Part shown: piece by piece, positions 1 through 11,913 of the stretch
How positions within the stretch are numbered: the stretch's first letter is position 1
Layout of the letters: each line of letters opens with the position of its first letter
NCBI GenBank assembly: GCA_001662655.1
Contig: KV460229.1
Strand: one strand, 5' to 3'
Length of the DNA: 35,519 bases
Source of the DNA: Pseudogymnoascus verrucosus
Taxonomy: Eukaryota
Notes under the pieces: generated by a model
What the model saw: only the letters and a program-made list of their open reading frames with translations
The model's database searches: none
What the model was told of the DNA's origin: nothing
Position numbers and translations under genes: made by a program

Positions 1-206
1 CATGTGCGACGTACCTAGGTAAGGACCTAGGCTGTCAACTAAGCAGTCGTCTTTAAGTCTTCTAAAGCAGTAGTGATTATGGCTGCTAATGTTAAGTGCT
101 TAACTTTTTCTACAAACGTCAAGTACCATCTTGGTTTTTCTTGCGCCAGATCAACAAACCTCGCACATTGCCTACGAAGAGCTTTACATAGCTGTGCAAT
201 ATCGAA

Positions 207-1370
207 ATGGGAAGCATTCTTCCTTTGTACTAGATAGGCGTTGATGTTGGCGGAACAAACATAGACGCTGTCATTCTCGACCCTAACGGTGCGCTTTAGG
301 AAAACCGAGGAGTTGTTGCATTCCACAAGACCTCGACAACTAGCCCTAATGTTACAAACGGCATTAAGTTGGCCGTAAGAGCTGTGATTGAGCAATTAGG
401 GATTAGCTTAGGAGAAATATCTTCTATCTGCATTGGAACAACGCATTTCATTAACGCTGTCGTTAAGCATGATGCGAAACAGCTATCTAAGGTCGCTGTC
501 ATTTGCCTTTTGAAAAGCTACACGCGCGATATACCACCTTTCTCTAACTTCCTGCCTGCCCTAGCTAAGCTTATGAACGGTTACTATGGATATGTGAATG
601 GTGGCCTCTATATTGATGGCTCTTAAGAAAGTCTAGTACTTAAAGACTAGGTGATCTAGTAGTGTAATATCATTAAAGAAAAGGGACTTAACACGATCGT
701 CATCTACGGGGTGTTTTCCCCAATCGATACACACTTTCGTTAGGAACACCAAGTTCGGAAGATAGTGCTTTAGCAACTGCCTAGTGCAGATGTGGTTTGC
801 TCGTCTAAAGTTGCAAACATAGGGTTCTTAGAGCGAGAAAATGCGTCTATCCTCAACGCATCCATCTTGAAATTTGCGCGAAGAACGATTATAGGCTTTA
901 AAGCGGCTATGTAGAGGCTTCAACTAGAGTGCCCTCTATATCTAACACAAAACGATGGGACACTAATTGATGCTGCAGCCGCTACTAGGCTCCCTATTCG
1001 GACTTTCTCCTTAGGGGCTACTAATTCGACGAGAGGTGCGGCTTACCTAGGATTATCTTCTTCTTAGGGTACGCAAAACACATCTACAATAGTCATTGAC
1101 ATTAGCGGGACAACTAGTGACGTTGGAGTTCTGTTACCTTCTAGTTACCTAAGATAGGCATCGGCATTCGTCACTGTTGTAGGAATTAGAATCAACTATA
1201 ACATGCCTCATGTCGAATCAATCGGTTTAGGTGGTGGCTCGATTATTAAAGTTAACGAACATGGTGATGTTACCGTTAGACCCACATTAGTTAGGTATTA
1301 ATTAACTACAAAGGCGAAGATATTCCACGGCGATGTTCTTACTGCTATAGACATCGCTGTAGCCCATGAC
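207..1370 (+). pseudogene. Hydantoinase/oxoprolinase family protein, nonsense-mutated and 3'-truncated
   Basis: One frame from ATG 207 reads MGSILPLY*IGVDVGGTNIDAV, then IGTTHFINAV, GFLERENASILNASI, LTQNDGTL, DISGTTSDVG, HVESIGLGGGS and DIAVAHD. It has many TAG/TAA stops. Homology ends abruptly at about 1370. Confidence 0.9.
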
Positions 1371-1371
1371 C

Positions 1372-3731
1372 TAGGTACCTTGCAAGAGCTGTGTACGGTC
1401 GAACTGTGTGGATCATTGTCGCAAGCATCCTGCCCCTGTCAGAAGGAATGGGGCGCCTAGGCTCACTGCACGAAGAGCAGCTGCCATGTACCGCTCTAGC
1501 AGTGCGCAGTCACCTCAATGTTAGGATTAGGATCAGAATTAGGATCAGGGCCAAACTTAGAGCCAAAATCAGGACGAGAATATAGACTAGCGCATCGCTC
1601 GGAACTAAACTCTTCCATCTCTAACTTCTAGCTACTAAGAAAATTCCTTGGACGCTGCAAGAAGCAGCGCCTCAAGTAGCTATGGCTAGCAACCTGTCGA
1701 TGCTAGATATCAGAATACCTCTTTACCTAGAACTACGCTTAATTAGACCTTACAGTATCCCGTTGAGAGAGTTAGCACTGTCTATATGACTAACATCTAC
1801 GATTTGCTAAAGGGTTAAAACCCCCCTTCTCATTTTCGCTCAAGTACTAGAGCAAGCATCCCGTTCGATCACCTTTCATTTCGGCCTATCTAACATTGCT
1901 GCTGGGTGTTTTAGATTCTATAAGTCGTGGAATATCGGATGAAGATGACTAAGAATCGATCTGGAAACGCCATCTTTGTAGTTTCCTACCTATATAGAGC
2001 TAGTGCGATTTATTGACTTGCTACTATTATGAAAATATTAATTGGATTTTTTAGTCGATTCACATCCTATCCTTTTGTAAGGACTATGCCTAATTCTAGA
2101 ACAGCGATGTGGACGACGTGGACCTTATTTAGATGTCTCTACTATACACTATTCTGTCTATAAGTGGACTGTATATTCCCCTAGAGACAGCTAAGGTTGT
2201 TGCTTTTAAGTTGTCTAAAGTGCAGTCTCTTGCGCATAAGTGGCATTCTGCCTTAAGACAAGCCTTACACGCTAGTGGATTTGAGGGAAGACTATGCATT
2301 ACACAACTACAAACTTTCTCAATAACCTAATTGTATTGGTATGCAACGAATAACATTGAAGTTTTAAACTTGTAAGTCTCCGACCCACCGCTTAGCTGTT
2401 TTGCTTCCTGATATAAACTCTAAATGACTATTAGTGCTATGGCGCAAGCTGTCCGAAGCGCTTAAGCCATAGGACTTAACAAAGATATTGTAGTCTCTAC
2501 CTCCTTAGAAAGGGAAATGCAGCACTGTGTTTGGTAGGACTTATGTGATTCGGACACGTAAGTTCATAAGTTTGCTCTGTTGTTCTAAATTGAGTCCCGC
2601 TTAACCTTGCATAGATTTCAATCTATGTGTCTTAACAGACCGCCTCTAATACAAGCACGACTATCTAAAGTTCCATTTCCGCTTAACTGCAATGATCTTG
2701 ATATTACGGAAACATCAATTTTTGTTAGGCCGATTGATTAGCTAATAGAAATGAGTATGCATTACTTTAGAGCCAAGGTGTTTAAGATCTTAAACCGACT
2801 CTATCTTGATGATAGTGCCCACGTCCTATTATATGATTTCGTGAGCGGCATCGATGCTAAGATCATGTCTGTTGTTGATGAGTTTCCATGGTACATGAAG
2901 ATTGAAAATGGATCTTGTGCTAACTTACTGCCTTCCCTTGAGTTTATCCTGTGGCAATTTCATATTCTTTATACTTGTATTTGTACTTAGCGGATTCGTA
3001 TGTATCGATCATTCCTCTACCTACGCGTGGGCGACTCTTGGTTAAAGTGCATTAGAGCAGCAGAGGATTTATTCATCGTGTATCGCAACATCTGAGACGG
3101 AGCCGGTGACGAATTTACAAAGTCTTAAAAATTCCTTGGACAAGCCTACTAAGTCTTCTCTGTCGCTGTTGCTATAGCTGCACTGTTGATTGTGGAACGA
3201 TCTGCATAGAATCCGAATTTACGTAGCGATATAGAGATGGCCATCGTTGATCTTAGAACTCTAGACAGTAGCGAGACTACAGTTTCTCTCGCCTTAGATG
3301 GGAGAAAGGTCCTTATACGAATGCTGGCCATTCATGACTAGCGGGGTGCAGCATCTCTAGCAGAATTAGAAGATCTCGTGATAGGGATCTCTAAAGTTTT
3401 CGGCAGCGAGCAGACTGCTCGATCATATTTGAGGAGGTGCAAGATACGAACACTCTAGGAAAACAACTCTAAAGCATCTTCTTAGTCCACAAACCTTATC
3501 CATCGATAGGGCGGTAGGGGGTTCATACATTCGTAGGAGAATGCCGTAGGAATAGATGTGACGAACTAAGATGGATTTTTTAGTAATGCTGAAATGGCAC
3601 GGCAACAACTGCTAGTGGAAGATGCCGGCAATGCGTATAATTTCTAGTAGATGGGTTTGGATATTCCCCTAGAGTTTTTCAACTAGTAGCCTACTGAGTC
3701 TCTTGTACCTTATTTGGAGTATCCTCTATAA
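1372..3731 (+). pseudogene. Zn(II)2Cys6 transcription factor with fungal-specific TF domain, nonsense-mutated and 5'-truncated
   Basis: 1372-1422 reads *VPCKSCVRSNCVDHC, the second half of a binuclear cluster. A decayed Q/D repeat follows at 1522-1580. 2508-2557 reads EREMQHCVW*DLCDSDT (cf. E..RRRxWW), followed by a GTAAGT...AG intron, FPLNCND and EMSMHYFRAK. The 3' end is approximate. Confidence 0.8.
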
Positions 3732-3942
3732 GCGCTGTTAGGAATGTAAATATGAATTGAATAATTACTAAGAGGGAAAGTCCGAGACGCGTGAGAATTG
3801 GCTTTCGACCGTTCGTTCATTAGTCTGAGAGTGCACGGACCATGATATTTAACCCCGACGCTAATTACTATATAATAGCTACATTCGGAATCCTGCATGT
3901 TTTACTATCTTAACCTCTGAGTAACTCTGAACGCAAAAGGAA

Positions 3943-6028
3943 ATGTCGTTAGCAGTTTAAATAGCGGATTACAGAAAATGGGAAAGTCCCATTACAGCTG
4001 AACTATTATCTAGGTTTTCTATTACTCTAAACGAAGTGCAGACTAATGTGCGTTGTTTTAGTGATGTTGCGTATTCTATTGCTGGACCTTCGCTGGCGAG
4101 ATGACTCTGCTAATATTAGAAAAAGCCTAAGACAGGTGCTATATATGTGATTAAAGGACGACCTGCAGAAAACGGTCGCTGTTGCATCGTTGAGTACCTT
4201 GGCTTAGAGACTATAGATATACTACTGGAAGGCTATAATGCTAGAAGTAGAATTCATGAATACGGAGGAGGGGCTTTTGTAATAGGTCCTAATGGAACCC
4301 TAATCTTTACTGACTAGGAGACTAATGGCATCTTTGCGCTTTCGCCTTCCTTAAGGGATCCCCAACCTCTTATACACGCTAAATCCCACCTCTACTTCGC
4401 AGATTTTAGCGTATACCCCATTTATGAGCAATGGATTCTAGCAGTCTAAGAAGATTGCTCTCTTTCCCCAATTCAAAACTTAATCGTTGTAATTGAGACA
4501 ACTACTAAGGAAACATTCATTGTTATATAGGGCGCTGATTTCTACTCGCACCCTCGTTTCAATCACGACGGGACAGAAATATGCTAGACTTAATGGAATC
4601 ACCCTAACATGGCATGGAACGGCATAGAACTGTTTAGAGCTACATAGCATCTAGGGACTGTAGCATCGGGCACAAAGATTGCTAGAGCAGCTGGTACTGA
4701 GAGTATTTGCTAACTAAGGTGGGGTCTAGATGGAACGCTCTTCTTTGTTAGTGATTGATTAGGTTATTGGCAACTTTACCGCATGGATCTAGGCGTAGAG
4801 ACTTCAGAACATGTATGCTTAAAGGGATTGGAGACTTCTGATTTTAGCGAGCGGGAATTTTAGCTAGGTAAGTAAGTTGATGGTTAATACAAGAGTAATC
4901 TATGGTGGCTTATACTAACGATAAATAAGCTGTACTTATGTCTTATTGACTAGTAGTACGATTATTTCAAGCTACACTAAGGACGCAACAAGTTATCTTG
5001 TAGTTATCAACTTAGACACGAATAAGTACACTAACCTTCTACTTAGTTTCGTTGATATTTAGCACAGTGCAATTAAAAGACTCTCTGATTCATCTTTCGC
5101 AGTGATAGGTGCATCTTTAAAAGCCTTAAGATCACTTTATCTCGTTAAGATAACAGAACCTACATTTAAGAAGCTCATTAAGCCATCTATAGAAGTGGAA
5201 CTACTAGAAGTACTATATTCTACACTATAGATGATTCAATATCTGAGGGTATATGGCGAATTTCGTTCAGGCTCTAGCCATGCTATTTATCTACCTCCTA
5301 ATAATCTAGCATATTAGGCACCTATAGGGGATTAGCCGCCACTCATTGTGTCCCTTTATAGTGGACCCACATTGCATGTCTCTCCTAGTCTGCAATTAGA
5401 AACACAATATTAGACCTCGTAAGGCTACGCATATGTTCATGTAAACTATGCTAGGTCTACGGGGTACGGCCGAGCTTACTAGGATCTGTTAAAGTAACGA
5501 TGGGGAGTCATAGATAATGCTGATGCCGTAAGCTATGTTGCACATTTAATATCACTTTCATACGTCAATCTAGCGAAAATTGGTATCGTTGGAGCTAGCG
5601 CTAGCGGATACACTGTCCTTTAAGCACTCTATGTCTATCCTGATATTTAGGCTAGTGGTGTGAGCTATTTTAGAATTGGCAATTTGAAAGCTCTTGCTGT
5701 GATGATGCATAAGTTTGAAAGCTACTATGTTAATTAGCTTCTCTTCCTAACAGGAACGTCTCTAGAAGGTTAAGCTCGGATTTTTGAAGAAAGAAGCCCT
5801 TATTACAAGGCTGGTAATATCGCTTCCCCGATCTTACTCTTGCAAGGCACGGAAGACACGGTGGTTCCGCTAAGTTAGGCAATTGGTATGGAACGGATGA
5901 TTAAAGAGACGGGCGGGACAGTGAAGCTTGTCCTTTTTGAAGGAGAAGGACACGGATTTCGACAGATGTATAGCTTGAAGACGGCTATTTTACTAGAGGA
6001 AGAATGGTGGAGGAAGACTTTGCTGTAA
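3943..6028 (+). pseudogene. Peptidase S9 (dipeptidyl/acylaminoacyl peptidase-like), nonsense-mutated
   Basis: Motifs YRKWESPITAE, RIHEYGGG, GADFYSHPRF, WNHPNM, nucleophile elbow GASASGYT (cf. GxSAGGY), HKFES, LLLQGTEDTVVP and FEGEGHGFR. Ends EEWWRKTLL*. Many in-frame TAG/TAA stops. Confidence 0.9.
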
Positions 6029-6314
6029 CTAAGCTTTAGTATTGACTGAAGGTTTGCAAGGTTCACTAAATAGAAACGAGAATACAGTTATTAATTGCAG
6101 TTATCGATTATAAGCCCATAACAATAGGTCCATTATCTGGGTATATTCGAAGTCGAGCTCTCTTAGTCCTGACAGAAACTGTAAATCGGGAGTGTTAAAT
6201 ATTAACCTAAAGACCTAGTCTTTTACGATGATGCTTCTATCACTTGCTAGCCACCATAATACAAGTACAGCAATTTATTCATCCTTATTTCCTCTAAATA
6301 TAATGCTGAAGCAC

Positions 6315-7466
6315 CTACGTGACCAAGTAGCCACCGTCGACAATAATATCTGTGCTGGTTGCAAAGCTAGAGGCATTAGATGCAAGATAAAGGTAAGCAC
6401 CTTTCATCTCTTCTAGAAGAGCCAACCGACTGAGAAAATGCTACCATTAGCACGAGATAACAGCATAAATGGCAAGGGCATCTCGAACTAGGGAGTAATG
6501 AGGAAAATAATAGGACACATACCCTATAGGAGTCTTGTTTTTGAAATGGGTTAAGAGTTCTTCTAGAACTTGATGCATGACTTCTAAGGCCACATAACCT
6601 GGAGAGACAGTATTATAGTGCGTAAACCCAACCCATTCTACTGCGAGAGATTTGCCTATAAAGTAATGGTGAGATGTCTGCTTAAGGAGTGCCGAGCCTA
6701 GTGGGCATGATCTCGACTCACAAAGATGTATGACAGCCGCCTTAGAAGCGTTGTAAGGCGCCTGCTTTAATGGGATATTTACGACATGTCTACACATGCT
6801 TGCCGTAGCGATGAAACTGCCCTGCTTAAACCCTGCAAGATTGTGGCCACCCGTTGTCGTGCCTTCTGCTGCCTGTCTTCGCTAGTGCTTTCCTGCGGCC
6901 TAGGCGTAGAAGAAGACGCCGTCGAGATTCGTGGCCATTACTTTGCAGTAGTGCGAAGTGTCACCGTCAACCGCATCGCCTTAAAGCCATGGCACGCTGC
7001 TATTGGCAACGAATACGTCGAGACGGCCGTTGAATTCTCAGACGATTTAATTAATTATTTCTTTAATATCCAGCTCCGCTGTCACGTCTAGCTTGTATGC
7101 TCGGCCTAGAAATATCAGATGAACTGATAGCAATGGCGGTCTTTCACTAGTTTGAGAAGAAAGCAAAACGTAGGCGAGGGGAATAGAGGACTCTAACACT
7201 TAAATAAACTCACATTGCACTTTGTATGTTTTCTCAATCACCTTTGCGCCCTCGATGGATTTGTCCTTGTTACTATTATAGGTAAAAGCGACGTTAGCAC
7301 CTGATTCTACAAGGGCTTGAACGACTGCATGGCTAATTCCTAAAGCGGCTCCTGTTACGATGGCTGTCCTTCCTTTGAGCGAAAATAAGGGCAAGATTCG
7401 ATCGGCCACTAGTGCTATAGTATTATTATGTACAAAGTCGCCTCCATTGAATATTAGGCGTGACAT
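6315..7466 (-). pseudogene. Short-chain dehydrogenase/reductase of the mannitol dehydrogenase / L-xylulose reductase / sorbose reductase type
   Basis: LFSLKGRTAIVTGA, catalytic YNASK, NTVSPGY, YLYLAS and DIIVDGGY. Several introns. In-frame stops in FFYA*AAGKH*RRQ (about 6880-6905). Confidence 0.88.
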
Positions 7467-7532
7467 GGTTATTTACTAGGGACGTGAAGAGCAGCGATTC
7501 GAATGCAGGTAAAGGCAACGAGTTGACGGTTG

Positions 7533-7718
7533 TGTAAGGACACAGGGCACCGTATCACGAGAAGTTGCATATGGGAGTGCGAGTCGGATATAAGTCGGTA
7601 CAATCCTATAGGTCTACTACGAAGGTGGAGGAGGAGGGGGTGACCGTCGACCTTGGGTGATAGGCCCTGTGTCGGAGGGAACTCGGGCGTGGTCTTTCGC
7701 GTGGGGTCACTTCGACCC
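7533..7718 (+). repeat. Left terminal inverted repeat (186 bp)
   Basis: Reverse complement of 8837-9022; I found one mismatch by manual comparison (C/T at 8881). Confidence 0.95.
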
Positions 7719-8848
7719 AGTCGATCATTAGTGATCGCGGACCCCAATTCATATCAGCTTTCTGGCGAGAGTTCTGCCGAATCATAGGGGTCAAGATTAA
7801 GCTGTCGACAGCCTATCACAAGCAGACCGACGGGTAGACGGAAATCATGAATCGGTATATCGATCAGAGACTGAGGCCTTTCGTATCACATTACCAGGAT
7901 AACTGGAGCGAGCTCATTCCCATCATGGATCGGGTGCAAATGACCCTTCCCCATGCCTCGATCGGAATGACCCCCTACCGACTCAAGTACGGAACTGATC
8001 CGCGCACTAGTTGGGACTAGGAAACCCCGAAAGCCACGACCCCTAGGGAAGTCATGAACCAGAAGGAAGCCAAAGCAGTAGCAAACCGCATGCACTCCGC
8101 ATGGATTTACGCAAAGGAGAACATGGCTAAAGCACAAGAGGATATGTCTAAATACGCGAATTGACGCCGACGAGCCATTGACTGGGACGTAGGAGACAAG
8201 GTTTACCTATCGACTAAGAATCTGAAAAACCACCGCCCTAGCCGTAAGCTGGGGCAACAATGGGTCGGACCCTATACGGTACTGGAACAAATCGGACACG
8301 CCTTCCGACTAGACCTACCAAAGGGTTCCCAAATACACGACGTCTTCTCTCTAGACGTACTCATCAAGGCTCCGAATAACCCGCTGCCCGGTTAAGCAGC
8401 GCCTGAGCCAAGCAGCGAAGTCGTAGACGGCCTAGAGGAGTGGGAGGTCGAAAAGATCCTTGCCGTAAGGATCTGGCGAAAACAACTTCAATACTAGGTA
8501 TCCTGGGTCGGATACGATCCGGACCCGGAATGGTACCCCGCCTCAAACTTTAAGAACTCCCCCTACAAAATCCGGGAGTTCCACGCGGAGTACCTAAACC
8601 TGCCAGGACCGCCGCAGGACCTACCCGGCTGGATCACGGAATGGGAGACAGGCAAACCAAGCTACGATCACGAGAGGCACGGCAAAGCAGAGGAAAACAG
8701 CGTCGTTGCTACCTACGACACTAAACTAAACACCCTCTAAGCCAGGGCACCCTCAGAGCCGTAGCCCTTGCGGAAGCCACCCTTCCCAAACGTCTCACCG
8801 GCGTCGCAACAAGCGGCTACCACCATGAGAGACGAAGGGTCGAAGTGA
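7718..8848 (+). pseudogene. Ty3/Gypsy (chromovirus) integrase C-terminal half, Tf2-like SH3/GPY region and chromodomain
   Basis: One frame reads QSIISDRGPQFISAFW...STAYHKQTDG*TEIMN (second D and the E of DDE), GDKVYLSTKNL..RPSRKL..WVGPY, IHDVF and EWEVEKIL...Y*VSWVGYD..EWYPASNF. All stops are single-transition derivatives of CAG/CAA/CGA/TGG. The native stop is either 8740 or 8848. Confidence 0.92.
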
Positions 8849-9022
8849 CCCCACGCGAAAGACCACGCCCGAGTTCCCTCTGACACAGGGCCTATCACCC
8901 AAGGTCGACGGTCACCCCCTCCTCCTCCACCTTCGTAGTAGACCTATAGGATTGTACCGACTTATATCCGACTCGCACTCCCATATGCAACTTCTCGTGA
9001 TACGGTGCCCTGTGTCCTTACA
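8837..9022 (-). repeat. Right terminal inverted repeat (186 bp)
   Basis: Reverse complement of 7533-7718. Confidence 0.95.
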
Positions 9023-10406
9023 GGTTGTAAGATGAACAGAGAGGATGATATGGAAAACCTGCAGTGAACAGAGTTGTAGCGCCTGTCCTTCCGAATCCGG
9101 ACGTGAGCACTAGTAGAAAATTCAGGTACTTGGCTAGTACCTAAGCTTTGCACGGTTTATCTAGATGATGTCAAGTGCAGAGGTTGGAGACTAATGGCCT
9201 GGACCAAATATCTCGGAGCTTCGTGACAAGGTGTGTTAATTGCATCCTTAAGAGCATGTGAGGATAAGCTAGCTGTAGGTATCGTATCTGTAATCTAAGA
9301 GCTATGTCCGACGCCTCTTACCCTATGGAATGGCTAGTATCCATTCGTGGAGATTAGTTCTGTCCTAATGCCGGACTTCAAACATCGGTAGACATAGATT
9401 GCGGGTTGACGAGTAGCCGGCTTTCCGTAGTGCCAAACTCCGGGCTTTGGTAAATCCGCCTCTAGCTACCATTGCCACTGTAATTGCGTATTCACTCTGT
9501 TTTACGTATTGGATTTCCCCTTAGCTGACTGGGGAGTATGCAAGAACTCCACTTAGGCTTATTAATTATTCTTCCAACTTTGCTTATCTCTAGCGACATC
9601 TTCCTGTCCGGTTTACGAAGGCTTTCATTAAAACTAAGATATTCCCGAACTTTGCATATCAACCTTAGAATCAACTAGACACCTATAATATAGCTTGAAC
9701 TATGTCTTCTACGACAGAATCAACGATATACAAACTTATTTTCTCGGTACCGGTCTTGCATTTTGCGGCTGTTAAAACTGCTATCTACACTTCTAGTGCC
9801 GGCAATTTCCTAGGTTACACTAGCGTGAGCTTTTAGACTTAAGGCATGAGTGTGTTCTTGCTGAGTGGTGCGACAGAGCTAAACGAAATGGCTGAAACGA
9901 AGGTAGAGGTCTTTTGTTCTAGAAGAGTTTAAGCGGTTGCAGCCGTGGAGGCAATGAAGAAGTAAGTGATATCTTTGCTTAACGACTAGGGTTTAGGGGG
10001 ATGGCATGGAAAATGGTAACTAATGTTCTATTAAGGTCACATCTGTATAAGGCTGTCTCTTATGCTGTCTTTAAGGCGGAGAATATCTAGGGACTTAGAG
10101 AAGGAAACAGCGATACTTTGAAACCATCTTCGCCTGTGACGACGGCTTGTAAGGATACCCTCATCTAAATTACGGACGCACATTCTATACTTAATAAAGA
10201 GAAAATTTGTTTTCGACTTTAGGAAACCAACTAAACTTCCTTTTTTATTTGATTCATTATGACATACCTTGCTCTCATTGTCAAGTTTAAGAAGGTCATG
10301 TAGGCGGGTTTAAATAAGATAGATAAAACCCAATCTTTAAGTCTATCTCGACAGCCTACACACTGTCTTATAGTTTATAATACATTCATTTGAGTTTGAG
10401 TACTAT

Positions 10407-11333
10407 TTATTTCAAAAAGTCCCCTCCGGTCTCCTTTAGGAGTAGATTATACTCCGGCTAAAATTGTGCGTACATGACCTCTGAATTACTTGTAGTCTTG
10501 CTTGTATATTTTGCAGCTTCGTCGGACACGTACCTCTTCTGTAATCCACTTGCTACAGCAGCATCCGTGACAAGTTGTGTGTGATAGGCACGTTCTAGTG
10601 TAATGAAAAAGGCAGCAGCCTCGGCAACAGTACCTCTAGTAGTTAGGACGCTATGATTCTGTAAGATAATGTTCTTCTTAGTTGGGCCTAGGGCATGTAC
10701 AACTCTCCTGCCTTCATCTGCAGCGAGGACTGGACTACCGAATCCCTGATATACAGCAAGGCTGTTATAAAACATACAGGAGTCTAGATTGCTAGAATTA
10801 ACCACAGAATATTGAGATGTTGTAGACTATTACACACCTTGATTAAGCATTTCTAGTGGCTTTCCGAAAGTCGACCATGCCCTACCATAGGGGCTATGAC
10901 AGTGGCATGCTGCATTTATATTAGGTCGAGCCTTGTGAATCTCTGAATGAATAATAAAGCTGGCTGTATTGACTTTGTGGGATGTCTTAGACAAGCAGTT
11001 CCCGTCCTTATCGACATGCATAAGATCGGAAACGTTAATCGCACCGAAGTGAACCGCGTATGGATTAATCTAAAACGTTTTTAGGTCGGTTGGATCTAGA
11101 AAAGTAAGGATGTGAAACCCTAAGAATGAAGCATGCCTATAGGATTAAATACCTCGAAGGCTGATATGACTACTTGCACCATCTGCAAACCCCATCTTTG
11201 CGAATATCCGAAACGCTGCCGCTATGTGCTCTTTCTCACGCTTTAAGAGCTCTACAACACTTGATACTTTCGAAATATCATTGAGTCGCACCATCGTGCC
11301 ATCGGCAGCAGTCTTCTGTATTTCTGAACGCAT
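10407..11333 (-). pseudogene. Class II aldolase/adducin family protein, nonsense-mutated
   Basis: AAAFRIFAKMGFADGASSHISLR / DP..F*INPY.VHF, IHSEIHKARP, HCHSPYG and ILQNHS. Two introns. Stops at about 11070 (W>*) and 10458 (Q>*). Confidence 0.9.
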
Positions 11334-11815
11334 TGTCGCTTTAGTTTCTTTGTTAGATTGGGTATTTCAGTGTTTTGTAAACTGTTTATTAACTTTCCTG
11401 AACCTTCTGCGCTGCTATGTGTCTCTTTTATGCTACAGATATGCAAGGCCGACTTTGGCCTTAGAACCGAAATGCCAGATGCCGCATATCCTAGCAACAT
11501 GCGTCCGACTTTCTCTCATTCTCCCGTGTAATTGGAGCTTCCTTCGCACTCGTACTAGAGTTACTTCACGACTACTAGCAAATAATAGTCTGTCTAAGAG
11601 CTCGGCCTAGCTCCTTGTTAGCCTTTGTTATCCAATCGTTAATTGCAAGATCTAGCATGCCGTCTGACTAAGAGCGGGTTCATAATGATTAACCAAAGGC
11701 GGCTCTTAATAGCCGTAACCCCAACATGAACAACGTCGATCATACCCGTCCATAGCATCTGATATTATTTGAAACCCATAATTGCTCCCGGAAATTTGTT
11801 AGACGAGATGTGTAG

Positions 11816-11913
11816 CTGCAACTCCGAACCGCCAGATTCGGACTTCTCATCTGCTATCTGTAACTCCGAGAAACTATTTCCGGACTTCTTACCCTTAGGC
11901 GGCTACAACTCCG
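11816..11913. promoter_or_regulatory. Tandem candidate Zn2Cys6 binding sites (CCG-N12-CGG x2 plus a half site) upstream of the aldolase
   Basis: CTG(C/T)AACTCCG-N12-CGGACTTCT at 11816-11847 and 11858-11889, with different spacers. Half site CTACAACTCCG at 11903-11913. Confidence 0.55.

Larger units (their letters stand above)
7533..9022 (+). mobile_element. 1,490-bp Gypsy-integrase-containing insertion with terminal inverted repeats and a 5-bp TSD
   Basis: Starts TGTAAGG (7533) and ends CCTTACA (9022). GGTTG flanks both sides (7528-7532 and 9023-9027). The interior is chromovirus-type integrase/chromodomain sequence. Confidence 0.93.

Noticed and set aside
1391..1585. ORF ending in RIRIRIRIRAK
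   Set aside because: Off-frame reading of the TF's CAG-GAT (Q-D) repeat, which is now TAG-GAT in its true frame.
7533..9022. Ordinary LTR pair, or two head-to-head solo LTRs
   Set aside because: The repeats are inverted and share one outer 5-bp TSD. There are no separate TSDs and no inner TG/CA boundaries.
9450..10400. Possible extra gene between the SDR promoter and the aldolase
   Set aside because: No recognisable protein motifs in the frames I read. Heavy mutation means a relic cannot be excluded without tBLASTx.
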